Positions 26,331 to 38,460 of a stretch of DNA of 64,000 nt are shown piece after piece. A program made the translations under genes and the position numbers. The stretch spans positions 529,136 to 593,135 of the forward strand of contig NIVC01000163.1 in the NCBI GenBank assembly GCA_002269645.1, read 5' to 3'. The notes below the pieces were generated by a model. That model was not told the DNA's origin. It worked only from the letters and a program-made list of their open reading frames with translations, and searched no databases. The stretch is from Macrostomum lignano. Taxonomy: Eukaryota. Within the stretch, counting starts at the first letter, position 1. Each line of letters starts with the position of its first letter.

Positions 26331-28039
26331 CTGTCTTGTGAAGCTGACACCTGCCTGTAAGACATGACACCCAGACTCTAGAAATGGTATCCAGCCTCAT
26401 GTACTAAAAATAACACTCAGATACTAAAATTGGCACCCAGTTACACAAAAGGCACCTAGATACTAAAAATGGCACCCAATTTCTAAAAATGGCACCCAAT
26501 TGATAAAAATGGTACCCAATTGCTAAAATGGCACCCAATTGCTAAAAATGGCACCCAATTGCTAAAAATGGCACCCAATTGCTAAAATGGCACCCAATTG
26601 CTAAAAATGGCACCCAATTTCTAAAAATAGCACCCAATTGCTAAAAATGGCACTCAATTGCTAAAATGGCACCCAATTGTTAAAAATGGCACCCAATTTC
26701 TAAAAATGGCACCCAATTGCTAAAAATGGCACCCAATTGCGAAAAATGGCACCCAGATACTAAAAATGGCACCCAGATACTCAAAATGGCACCCAGATAC
26801 TTCAAATGGCACCCAGATACTTCAAATGACACCCAATTGCTAAAAATGGCACCCAGATATTTCAAATGGCACCCAGATACTTCAAATGGCACCCAGATAC
26901 TAAAAATGACACCCAATTGCTAAAAATGGCACCCAGATATTTCAAATGGCACCCAGATACTTCAAATGGCACCCAGATACTAAAAATGACACCCAATTGC
27001 TAAAAATGGCACCCAGATATTTCAAATGGCACCCAGATACTAAAAATGACGCAATTGCTCAAAACGGCACCCTTAACCGACACGCAATGCCACCAGCAAT
27101 TAGTAAAGAGTTGCTCAGCGCATGCTCTACAATAGAATCTCCAGCTCCACAGGATACACAGGATACACCAGCTCCACAAGACTTCTGTCTTGTGAAGCTG
27201 ACACCTGCCTGTAAGACATGACACCCAGACTCTAGAAATGGTATCCAGTCTCATGTACTAAAAATAACACTCAGATACTAAAATTGGCACCCAGTTACAC
27301 AAAAGGCACCTAGATACTAAAAATGGCACCCAATTGATAAAAATGGTACCCAATTGCTAAAATGGCACCCAATTGCTAAAAATGGCACCCAATTGCTAAA
27401 AATGGCACCCAATTGCTAAAATGGCACCCAATTGCTAAAAATGGCACCCAATTTCTAAAAATAGCACCCAATTGCTAAAAATGGCACCCAATTGCTAAAA
27501 ATGGCACCCAATTTCTAAAAATAGCACCCAATTGCTAAAAATGGCACCCAATTGCTAAAAATGGCACCCAATTGCTAAAAATGGCACCCAGATACTCAAA
27601 TACTCAAAATGGCACCCAGATACTAAAAATGGCACCCAGATACTCAAAATGGCACCCAGATGCTAAAAATGACACGCAATTGCTAAAAATGGCACCCAAT
27701 TGCTAAAAATGGCACCCAGATACTTCAAATGGCACCCAGATACTTCAAATGGCACCCAGATACTTCAAATGGCACCCAGATACTTCAAATGACACCCAAT
27801 TGCTAAAAATGGCACCCAGATATTTCAAATGGCACCCAGATACTTCAAATGGCACCCAGATACTAAAAATGACACCCAATTGCTAAAAATGGCACCCAGA
27901 TATTTCAAATGGCACCCAGATACTAAAAATGACGCAATTGCTCAAAACGGCACCCTTAACCGACACGCAATGCCACCAGCAATTAGTAAAGAGTTGCTCA
28001 GCGCATGCTTTACAATAGAATCTCCAGCTCCACAGGATA
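26331..28039. repeat. Tandem duplication (about 850-880 bp), each copy holding a 19-20 bp AAAATGGCACCCAATTGCT array and the DNase 3' end
   Basis: TCTGTCTTGTGAAGCTGACACC starts at 26331 and 27184; both copies end in CTCCAGCTCCACAGGATA (27156 and 28039). Confidence 0.92.
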
Positions 28040-29990
28040 ATGATCGCTAATTTGAGCAGCTTGATCTGTGCTCAAACCGAACTCCGTATCGAAGCGGAAC
28101 ACCCTGGCACCGGGCATGAGTTGGTAGGCCGAGTGCGTGACGATCAGCCGGTCGTAGGCGCAGTCCGTCGACTTCACAGTCGTGTCCACGCCGTCGCCGA
28201 TCAGCCAGAGAAAGTCGGGATCGAGCCGCAGCGGCAGGGCGGCCATCTCGCCGCGGTTCACGTAGCGACAGTCGGCGTTCAGGTCGCCGGCAATCAGGAG
28301 GTTCTCGCGACGTCTGGGACGCAGCATGTCGTGCAGGGCGTTGAGCTCTTCAACCGAGGCGTCTGGCTCGGTGTGCAGACAAATCACCGTGAGTACAGTG
28401 GTCGAGGATGAGCACCGACCGGCCGGTCTCAACGCCAGTCGAACTTCGTACGGTTCGCGCTGGAATCGGTCGCCGGAATCTGCCACTGTCCGTTCGGACA
28501 GAACTTCGGCCACGGATTCTCGGTAGAGAACGGCGTATTGCTCTTTGCTCACCTGGCGTGATTGAGGGTGGCGTTAATTTGATAATAGCAAGTCTTTGTA
28601 GCTACCTGTCTGTCTTTCTAGCTACCTGTCTGTGATCTCGAGTCTTTGTAGATACCTGTGATCAAGTATTTGTAGCTACTGGTCTGTGATTAAGTCTTTG
28701 CAGCTGCCTGTCTGTGATCGAGTCTTTGTAGCCACCTCTTTGTGATAAAGTTTTTTTAGCTACTGGTCTGTGATCAAGTCTTTGTAGCTACTGGTCTGTA
28801 ATTAAGTCTTTGTAGCTACTGGTCTGTGATCAAGTCTTTGTAGCTTCTGGTCTGAATTAAGTCTTTGTAGCTACTGGTCTGTGATCAAGTCTTTGTAGCT
28901 ACTGGTCTGTAATTAAGTCTTTGTAGCTACTGGTCTGTGATCAAGTCTTTGTAGCTTCTGGTCTGAATTAAGTCTTTGTAGCTACTGGTCTGTGATCAAG
29001 TCTTTGTATCTGCCTGTTTGTGATCAAGTCTTTGTATCTGCCTGTCTGTGAACAAGTCTTTGTAGCTACTGGTCCGTGATCAAGTCTTTGTATCTGCCAG
29101 TATGTGATCTAAGTCTTTGTAGCTACTGGTCTGTGATCAAGTCTTTATAGCCACCTGTCTGTGATCAAGACTTTGTAGTTATATCTGTTACTAGTCTTTG
29201 TACATGTAGCTACAGCTGATGCATATTCGAATAATAACTATTCAATCTCTCCAGCTAAATCTGACAATCCATGAAAGCAGTTTCTCTCACCGTGCGGCCC
29301 GTTCTGACGCTGATGACGTAGCTGAACGGGTCTCTTCGCTCATCCCGATTCGCCCGTTCAACCAGCTTTCTAAAAGCTTCGCCACTGAAAAAAGCAGAAA
29401 AAAATTAACGTGCGAGCGTGCGTAACTTTGGTCGCAATCAACGCCTCTAGACACGGGACTCCAGTCCAGTTTAGCCGCCAAGGACCACCTTGCTTCAGAT
29501 GCGAGAATTCAAAGAACGGGACGAGCAGCAGCTCAGCTAAGCAGCCACACGACCCCGACATTTTTCAAGCTACGTGAGAAATTTTAAAATTCAAATCTTC
29601 GTTCTTCTACTTTTCTCAGTAGTCTAAATTGAATCCGTCACACATTTTTCATCGAAATTTGGACTTCAACTAAAATTGTTTTGTTTTATGCCTTCTTAAC
29701 CCGGGCCCCCGGTAATATTGTAACTAGTATCTGAATAACAGAAACCTCTTATCGCGAATCTCCATGACAACCAAAATATCGTAGCGATTCAGAATCCTAG
29801 CCAGATTGTTCATCACGAATGCGTCGCGCGCTTTCTTCCGGCCGAATATCTGGATGTTGAACGATCCGAAACGAATCGGCTGCCGCCTACTACTGGAATG
29901 CCTGGAAGCAGTGGCTGTTCCGGGAATGCAGTCGAGACTGACGGCAGCTGACAGCGCGAAGATCGCTAGGATCAGAGTTGCGGGCTTCAT
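28010..29990 (-). CDS. DNASE1: Secreted deoxyribonuclease I-like protein, about 293 aa
   Basis: Exons 29990-29746, 29384-29291 and 28552-28010 join in phase. Signal peptide MKPATLILAIFALSAAVS. Motifs SFNIQIFG, MEIRD, KEQY, LHTEP, GDLNADC, CAYDR and SDHYPVE retain all DNase I catalytic residues. Confidence 0.95.
28600..29180. repeat. 28-bp minisatellite in a DNase intron
   Basis: Unit GTCTTTGTAGCTACTGGTCTGTGATCAA. Confidence 0.92.
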
Positions 29991-30129
29991 CTGAGACCGA
30001 CACGATTGGAGACTGTTGGGGTCGAGTGAGAGGAACTCTGTCAGTATCTGCATGCGCGTGAGTGTCAGACTAGGGTCATCGGCTGCGTCAGATTATTTTA
30101 TGTCAGAACAGAGTCAGAATAGCGTCATG

Positions 30130-30470
30130 TCTGTGTCAGAATTTGGTCATATCTGTGTCAGAATGGGGTCAGATCTGTGTCAGAATGGGGTCAGATCTGT
30201 GTCAGAATGGGGTCAGATCTGTGTCAGAATGGGGTCAGATCTGTGTCAGAATAGGGTCAGATCTGTGTCAGAATGGGGTCAGATCTGTGTCAGAATAGGG
30301 TCACATTTGTGTCAGACCAGGGTCATCTCTGTGTCAGAACAGGGTCATAACTGTGTCAGACCAGGGTCATCTCTGTGTCAGAACAGGGTCATAACTGTGT
30401 CAGACCAGGGTCATCTCTGTGTCAGAACAGGGTCATATCTGTGTCAGACCAGGGTCATATCTGTGTCAGA
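30130..30470. repeat. 22-bp minisatellite (GATCTGTGTCAGAATGGGGTCA)
   Basis: Visible; probably lies in a 5'UTR intron of the DNase gene. Confidence 0.92.
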
Positions 30471-31137
30471 CTGTTCTTCGAAACCTGTCAAAGGTTGTTT
30501 TACATGACAACATTCTTACAGTTAGAGAGTAAGACCCTTAGTACAGGGCCGCAATCGAAGACAGAGAACAATCCCACAAAAGTCAACTCACCAGAAAGCA
30601 GAGTTGCTTGAAGTTTCTTGCGGTTTAGTAGCAGCAAAAAAAGTAGCCAAGCAATTTATATGCACAGGCACCCTCCAATCAGTAATGCTTGATCACGGCC
30701 CAGTGACTGAATGAGATTCTGATACCAAGCATCGCACTGCTCCACCGCCATTCGAACCGCTACGACACGACTCGTTGTTAGCAGCACAATTTCCTATTTT
30801 ATTCAACAGGAAGTCAGCCATTTATTTGCTCATCAAAATTGGCTGATTTTTATCCTGTCCAAAAGTTAACAGGCTTTCGTCACGACACGCGCGCGCGGGA
30901 CTCGGGGAAATGAAATGTGCTTGAAAAACTGCACGCAAGCTAAAAGTACACGCGCACACGAGTAGTAATCAACTTCAAAAACTTTCTACAGGAATTCGGC
31001 TATGAGTGTGCCAAAATTCTGCTTGCTTGCATTCACGGGCCTGACTGAGGAAATCAAGATAGTCCCATAAATGTGTGGAGAGTTATTAATTTTAACTATG
31101 GAAAACCTACGTTCTTTTAGCTGCATGGTTGGTTCCC

Positions 31138-31657
31138 TCTCTCTCCCCCTCTCCGCTGTCTCCCTCTTCCTCTCTGCTGTCTCCCTCCCCCTCTCTGTTG
31201 TATCCCTTTCCCTCTCTGCTGTCTCCCTCTCCCTCTCTGCTGTCTCCCTCTCCCTCTCTGCTGTATCCCTTTCCCTCTCTGCTGTCTCCCTCCCCCTCTC
31301 TGCTGTATCCCTTTCCCTCTCTGCTGTCTCCCTCCCCCTCTCTGCTGTATCCCTTTCCCTCTCTGCTGTCTCCCTCTCCCTCTCTGCTGTATCCCTTTCC
31401 CTCTCTGCTGTCTCCCTCCCCCTCTCTGCTGTATCCCTTTCCCTCTCTGCTGTCTCCCTCTCCCTCTCTGCTGTCTCCCTCTCCCTCTCTGCTGTATCCC
31501 TTTCCCTCTCTGCTGTCTCCCTCTCCCTCTCTGCTGTCTCCCTCCCCCTCTCTGCTGTCTCCCTCTCCCTCTCTGCTGTCTCCCTTTCCCTCTCTGCTGT
31601 CTCCCTCCCCCTCTCTGCTGTCTTCATCTCCCTCTCTGCTGTCTCCCTCTCCCTCTC
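31138..31657. repeat. 21-bp pyrimidine-rich minisatellite (CTCTCTGCTGTCTCCCTCTCC)
   Basis: Visible. Confidence 0.95.
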
Positions 31658-32058
31658 AAGCTTCGGAAAACGCAAAGTCCAGTCTAGGCAACCTACAAGG
31701 GAATTCTAATTAAAAATAGTTATAACCACTTGTTCCAGTGCGTGGGCTGCAAGAGTCTTATCAGTCGGAAAGCTCTGCAGCCGACCAGGTGCTCAAGGTG
31801 CATTTGAGTCACATTTGGTACTCCGGGCACACACGGAAATCGGCAACACCTTATTCGGAAGGCCAAGCACAGGAAACAGAAATAGAAGCATTCGCAGGAA
31901 AAAAGTGGAAAGAGATGTGAAAGCGGTGGCCCCCGCAGAGGTCCATGTCAAGGTGATTTCTGATACTATAAATACGGCAGCCCTGCAGGAGGCCCATGGC
32001 AATAACAAATTTTTTTCAGTATTCTCTGAAAAAATCTGCTGTCCAGTCAAGTAACAGA

Positions 32059-33383
32059 ATGCTCTGCAGCGAAAATCTTCTGCTGCTTGCGCTCGTGAGC
32101 AGCTGCTGCTGCCTTCAGTCCCTGTCTGCCAGGCGCTTCGGCCCTCAGCCCGCATCCTTCAGAGCGCTGAGTCGCCCAGCTCAGTCCGGAGTATCCAGCG
32201 CGCTCCGCAGTCAGCTGGGGCAGCTGGCTTCGCCCCTGCCTGGCGGAGTGGTCTGCCCGACGTGTCTGCTGGTGGCACCGCAAGCCAGCAGTCGGCTGGT
32301 TCAGGGCTCGGTGGCCCGGCAGGAGTTGCAGCAGGCGATCAGGTCTCGCGGACTGCCTCAGGAGGTGGCGAACCGCCTGGCTGCCCTGGCCTTCGCTCGC
32401 TCCGTCTCCTTCCACACGTTCTCTTTCACCGTGAGCGCCCTGGTCGGCCGCGGCCACTACGAGACCTTCGTCGGGGCTGGCCGGCGCCTCGACGATGTCA
32501 GCGTGGAGTTCGGCATCGTGCACAGCGTCGCCACCGCCCAGCTGGTTGCCAAGACAACGCCTGTGCCGATGCGAAGCTGCAAGCGCCGGTGGTTGATCAG
32601 ACGGTGCCGCTCCTGGACGCAGCAGGTGCCGCGGGGCCTCACGGCCGAGGAGCTGCGGCAGGTGGAGGCTGGACTGAGGCACTTCGCCATCGCTGCCGCG
32701 GCAAGTCGGGTGGCCGCCAGCTCCGGCATGCTGCGCAGCCGCCGATCCGCCGAGGAGGTCGCCAGCGATGCCCCGAGGCACCGGAGGTGGTGGAAGAACT
32801 GCAGCTGGGGGTTTCGACGACCGCAGGCCCAACGGCTGCAACCTCGGAGGACGGCGGCAACGCCACGCTGGTGGAGCTGGTCAGAACCGGATTCGACCGC
32901 CTGGCCATTTCCGCTACCAGCCAGACTCTGCGCCGCATCCCAGTCTCCATGGCAACCGCCTTCGCCTCCGTGTTCACCCGCTCGCTCGGGCTGCCGAAGT
33001 CTCTCGCCGGGCCTCTCAGAGTCGCCGTGATCGAAGCCGCCGTGACAGCGACAGCTGACGGCGCACTGAGGCAGATCAGCGCGCTGTTCAACAGCGAGGA
33101 CGACCCCGCCGCCATCCGCTTCATCCAGCTGGGCCTCGTTCGGCGACAGAGCAGCTTCGACTTGACCTCGGCGACTGTCCGACTGGAGGCCCGGTTCGCC
33201 GACAGACTGCAGCTGCTGGTCAGTCAGGAAGGCGACGACGAAGTCATTCGAATCCGACGGCTGCCTGCTCAGGTGAGTCACCACGACGTTCGACAGGCGC
33301 TGCGGCTGCTGCGGGCCGCCGCTGAGGGCCGCCTTTCCGGGAAACTGCTGCCGGCGGAGACTGCGCTTCTAGGAAAGAAATGA
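32059..33383 (+). CDS. Unknown intronless secreted protein (about 441 aa after fixing one frameshift) with two related domains separated by RSRR
   Basis: ATG at 32059 with signal peptide MLCSENLLLLALVSSCCCLQSLSA. ORFs 31996-33030 and 32262-33383 join if one C is added to CCCC at 32771-32774. GC-rich non-repetitive coding-like sequence, with TATAAAT at 31967. Confidence 0.75.
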
Positions 33384-33729
33384 ATCTGCGCTAACCGCCT
33401 GCATAAAACTGATCAAACTGCCTTATCCTGCCGAACTTACATTAATTGATCCTTACTATACTCTCGTGAGCACGATAAATTGAATTAGTCTAAACAAGAT
33501 TGTGACACGAATTATCAGGCCTAAAATATGATTTACGATATCTATAACTGTCCGACCATTCCTTTGTCCTTTAACATTCCTTTGGACAATATTTAAGATT
33601 CGTGTATTGTGTTAAAAGTTTTCTCGATCTGGCGTTTTATTTTCTATAATGCTAGTTTCATTTCAGATTAATGCAGATTAAGCTTAGGCTATCTTAAATA
33701 GATATACATTTGTAGTTATTAAACTTCTT

Positions 33730-34160
33730 TAACTGACGGATCACTCAATGGACAAGAATTTTCTTAAACGGTGAGGTCACTCCGTGGACAAGAACCTTCT
33801 TTAATAGTGAGGTCACTCCGTGAACAAGAACTTCCTTTAACGATCAGGTCACTCCGTGGACAAGAACTTCCTTTAACGGTGAGGTCACTCCGTGGACAAG
33901 AACTTTCTTTAATAGTGAGGTCACTCCGTGGACAAGAACTTTCTTTAACGGTGAGGTCACTCCGTGGACAAGAACTTTCTTAACGGTGAGGTCACTCAGT
34001 GGACAAGAACTTCCTTTAACGGTGAGGTCACTCCGTGGACAAGAACTTCCTTTAACGATCAGGTCACTCCGTGGACAAGAACTTTCTTAACGGTGAGGTC
34101 ACTCCGTGGACAAGAACTTCCTTTAACGGTGAGGTCACTCCGTGGACAAGAACTTCCTTC
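33730..34160. repeat. 36-bp minisatellite (AACGGTGAGGTCACTCCGTGGACAAGAACTTCCTTT)
   Basis: Visible, about 11 copies. Confidence 0.92.
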
Positions 34161-36037
34161 AAGGGTGAGGTTTTATCAACCTTTATTAAGAAGAGCAATT
34201 AACAAAAGAACCAAGACTGAAAATTCCCTCAAGTGAGTCATTTTTAAACAAAACAGCGGCGTGACACAAAGTACAAACGCAACCGATTACTTTTTCTTGA
34301 AAAAAGAGAGAACAACTGACGCATAGGATTATTATTAGTAGTAATTAGTAGTAACTCGGCGTGAAACTGCAAGTGAAACCTGATGATTAAAATTAGAACA
34401 AAAAACATTAGAACTGCAACAAAAAGTTTTCTAACAAAATTCGGTAGCAGAAGTATAATTATTGATAATTAGTATTATAATTAATAATAAATATGGCTGA
34501 ACAGGAGCATACAGTACAAACATTTGCACAAAATTATAAGCAGTATTAATAAGAGCCGGAAAGTCAAACCGATCGAAAAAAGAATTGAAAATTAAAAAGA
34601 AAAAATGAATAAGAAAACATTTCTTTACTCGAATTTCGAGCTGGTTATTTAAAACAGCATTAGTGATGAAGTGAAATTTTCATAAAGAAAAAGTTACAAA
34701 CTACAATAAGCAGCAATGAGCAGAAAAAACCATTAAACGAAGACAATGTTAAGCCTACTCGTAAATTATAATATAACCCAATCACCATAATGATATTACT
34801 ATTAGTAGCATGTGGATAATTATATTCAAGTGCCAGTTTAATAGATGTATTGATAAGGAAAAAGTTCAATTTTTATACACAAATTCAAGTCGCGAGGAGT
34901 TTTACATTTATAGAAATTAATGCGTTATTAATCAGAATCAAATACAGTACATTATAAAGTTACTATTGACGCTAATTAATTAGCAAAGTAGTAATTTGGG
35001 CAATTTTATTACGGCGGAGAGTCAACAGTCGAACTAGCAAACAAAAAAATAGATAACAAGAAGACTTAAATGCCGACAAAAAAATTCCACACGCACACAA
35101 AAGACAGACCGGAAAAAGGAATCAGCCACGCGAATACAACAGTCGGACCAGAGGGAAAAAAGGTGGAAAACTGCGCTTGACAAAAAATAAATGTATAAAC
35201 GAAATTAAATAAAGAATTAACGCAAATAATATAAAAAACTTGTTATTACCGGATAAAGGGCAAAAAAGTCGCGACCACGATGCGATGGGTGGACGCACTT
35301 TAGTCGGCGGCACAATAGTCATTTAAATGGGCAAAAAATAGCCAGATCGCTTGGAATTTCACTACAGAGTGAGCAAGCAATCACACACACGCGTACAACT
35401 GGTGATGTTCTCTGCTAATTGCTTTCTCTTTCACCTGTGGCTTCATTCGCTAACTAAATATCGACAACGCGAGATTCGTCAATCAATACAAACAATAAAA
35501 AAATGTGTCAGATTTTGGCGCGCTTGATATCATTTCGGCAGTTGCGTTGAGAGTTTTAGAGAATTTTTAGCCTAAAAAACCTGTGTATTTTTTTAGTATA
35601 TTAGACTAGCAACTGTGCCCCCCTTAAGGTGTCGTTCTTCAGAATGAATATAGTTTTAAATTTAAACATAGTAAATCAATCAAATCATCCGTGATCTGGA
35701 TTCACAAAGCTACCATGCACGGTTTTAGTGTATAGAAAACGATCACATACCCACTTAGAGACAAGCCATTTTTAGTATATAAGACTAGCACCTGTGCCCC
35801 CACTAAGGGGTAGTTCTTTACTATAGGTAGTGAACCAATCAACTGATACGTCACCTGGCCTCATTATACACTAGCAACCTACCATACAGGTTTTTAGTGT
35901 ATATGGACTAGCAGCTGTGCCCCCTCTAAGGTTTGTCTCTCGTCTCGTCCAAACTTAAAATATTTTAGTCTACTGCTGACGAGAATACCGCAGATTTATT
36001 AGGCTAAAAATTATAGGTTTCCCCAGTGTCAATAATT

Positions 36038-37841
36038 CTAAGCGGTAGCCTGGGTGTAGCTGCCGCCGGCACCGCGAGCTTGCTGCTGCTGCTGCTGCTG
36101 ATAATACTGCTGGCCGCGCGGGGCAGCACCTCGATGCCAATTACCGTTGCTACCACCGGCTTTGCCGGCGCCATTTCCGCCACCATTATTAATGCCCTCA
36201 CTATTGTTAATATGCCCGGCGTCGCCTGCGGCGTTAGGAGCCAGCTGCTGTTGCTGCTGCTGACCGTTAGCGCTGCCGCCTGTGCTCGAGCGCATTCCGC
36301 CGTTGTTGCGGCCGCCGCGACCGCCGCCGCGCATCTGACCAGACGGCTGCTGCGCCCCGATTGGAGGATTGTAACCAGCCAGTCCGCCGCCAACACGACC
36401 GCTTAGGCGGTTGTTGCGGCCGCCCTGCTGTTGCTGCTGCTGCGGCGGCAGAGGCGGCGGTGGCGGCACCTGCTGCTGGTGGTGCTGTGGCGGCGGGCCA
36501 GTCGTGTAAGCATGCGGATGATGATGAGGTGGTGGCGGATGAGACATCGGAGGCTGCGGCTGCGGCGGCAGTGGTGGCGGCGGCATGTGATGTGGATGAT
36601 GATGCGCCGGACCGTAACCGCCGGGGCCGTAGTGATGCGGAGGCATGTGCGGATGAGGCGCCATCGGGTTGTTGTAGAAGTTGGCCAGCTCGTTCGGGTC
36701 GGGCGTCATGGCCTCCTTTACCTGGGGATGGAGTTGCAATTTTTACAATGCATTTGTAAGTCAGTCAGTGAGTCAGTTAGTGAGTCAGTCAGTCAGTGAG
36801 CCAAGCAGTGGGTCAGTCAGTCAGTCAGTCAGTCAAGTGGGTCAGTCAGTCAGTGAGTAAGGCAGTGAGTCAGTCAGTCAGTTAGTCAAGTGGGTCAGTC
36901 AGTCAGTGAGTAAGGCAGTGGGTCAGTCAGTCAGTCAAGTGGGTCAGTCAGTCAGTGAGTAAGGCAGTGAGTCAGTCAGTCAGTTAGTCAAGTGGGTCAG
37001 TCAGTCAGTGAGTAAGGCAGTGGGTCAGTCAGTCAGTCAAGTGGGTCAGTCAGTCAGTGAGTAAGGCAGTGGGTCAGTCAGTGAGTCAGGCAGTGGGTCA
37101 GTCAGTGAGTCAGGCAGTGGGTCAGTCAGTGAGTCAGGCAGTGGGTCAGTCAGTCAGTGAGTCAGCCAGCGGACTGGTCACCTTAGCCAATGCGTGCCCA
37201 ATTCGATAATAGGCCTCGGGGGGATCGGCCAGGCAGTCAATCTGCAGGTGCAAGGTCTGCTTCAAATGCTGATACTTGGCCTCGCCAGTCTCCAGACACT
37301 CCTGCTCTTTGCGATCGTTCCGCATTGAACCGGCGCCTAGAATGGACATCTTGACGTTGCTCTCCTCCTGTAGTTTTCTCAGACTAGCTCCGCCTTGGCC
37401 TAACAATTTGCCAACAAAATTAAATCCAGGAAATTGGTCCTGCGGTATGAGCACTTTGCTGCGAATCTTGCAACGGCGATTGTTTAACAGGTCGACCATT
37501 TCCGTGACGCCCCAGCGCAGTCGGTGGATTTCTAATTCAAGCAATCGGCGAGCGTTCGGCAACGCGTCTCCGTTTAGTTCGGCCAGTTCAGCCTCCAGCA
37601 CGGCGATCTCTTCCATTCGAGCGCGTTCGCGAGCAGTCAACTGACGATCGTTGCCGCTGTTATAATTGTTGGCGTACTGCTTCTGCTGCTGGCCAGCCGT
37701 GCTATTGTTAGCGCCAGGCATTGTTGGAGAGGCCTGTTGTTGATTCTCATCTTGTTTGCCTGGCGATACCTGCTGCTGCTGCTGCTCAGATGGCTGGTCA
37801 GAATCGCTCAACTGCTTGGCGGCATTGTCCTCAGTAGACAT
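36038..37841 (-). CDS. KHDRBS: STAR/GSG KH-domain RNA-binding protein, KHDRBS (Sam68/SLM)-like, about 447 aa
   Basis: Exons 37841-37182 and 36721-36038 (phase 0). QUA1 region LEAELAEL..ARRLLELEIHRL; KH region KVLIPQDQFPGFNFVGKLLGQGG..LQEESNVKMSILGAGSMR..KYQHL..LHLQI..PPEAYYRIGHAL; P/H/Q/RGG-rich tail. Confidence 0.9.
36760..37165. repeat. (CAGT)n-derived array filling the KHDRBS intron
   Basis: Visible. Confidence 0.92.
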
Positions 37842-38057
37842 TGTGATTGCTTAATGATCTTTAAAATATTTTCTTTAAATTAGTTATTTAAATAATATTT
37901 TTTATTATTTAGGACCTTACAATTGCTATAGCTAGTAGATTAGTCTAAACTAATTATATAATTATTAAATTCAAATCGAAAAAAAAACTGAACTGAAAAG
38001 CAGAAGAAAAATATTGTTTTATAAACAATAAAGAAAACATTCAAATGCAAAAGATTG

Positions 38058-38460
38058 CCCACCAACTGACACTGGGAGGCTGGCCCAGCAACTGACACTC
38101 TGGGAGGCTGGCCCACCAACTGACACTCTGGGAGGCTGGCCCACCAACTGACACTGGGAGGCTGGCCCAGCAACTGACACTCTGGGAGGCTGGCCCACCA
38201 ACTGACACTCTGGGAGGCTGGCCCACCAACTGACACTCTGGGAGGCTGGCCTAGCAACTGACACTCTGGGAGGCTGGCCCAGCAAATGACACTCTGGGAG
38301 GCTGGCCCAGCAACTGACGATCTGGGAGGCTGGCCCAGCAACTGACGATCTGGGAGGCTGGCCCAGCAACTGACGATCTGGGAGGCTGGCCCAGCAACTG
38401 ACACTCTGGGAGGCTGGCCCAGCAACTAAAAATCTGGGAGGCTGGAAGCCCAGCAACTAG
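38058..38460. repeat. 28-bp minisatellite (TGGGAGGCTGGCCCAGCAACTGACACTC)
   Basis: Visible. Confidence 0.95.

Noticed and set aside
33730-34160. CRISPR-like array (36-bp unit; also the 39- and 44-bp arrays)
   Set aside because: The units are contiguous with no unique spacers, there are no cas genes, and the context is eukaryotic.
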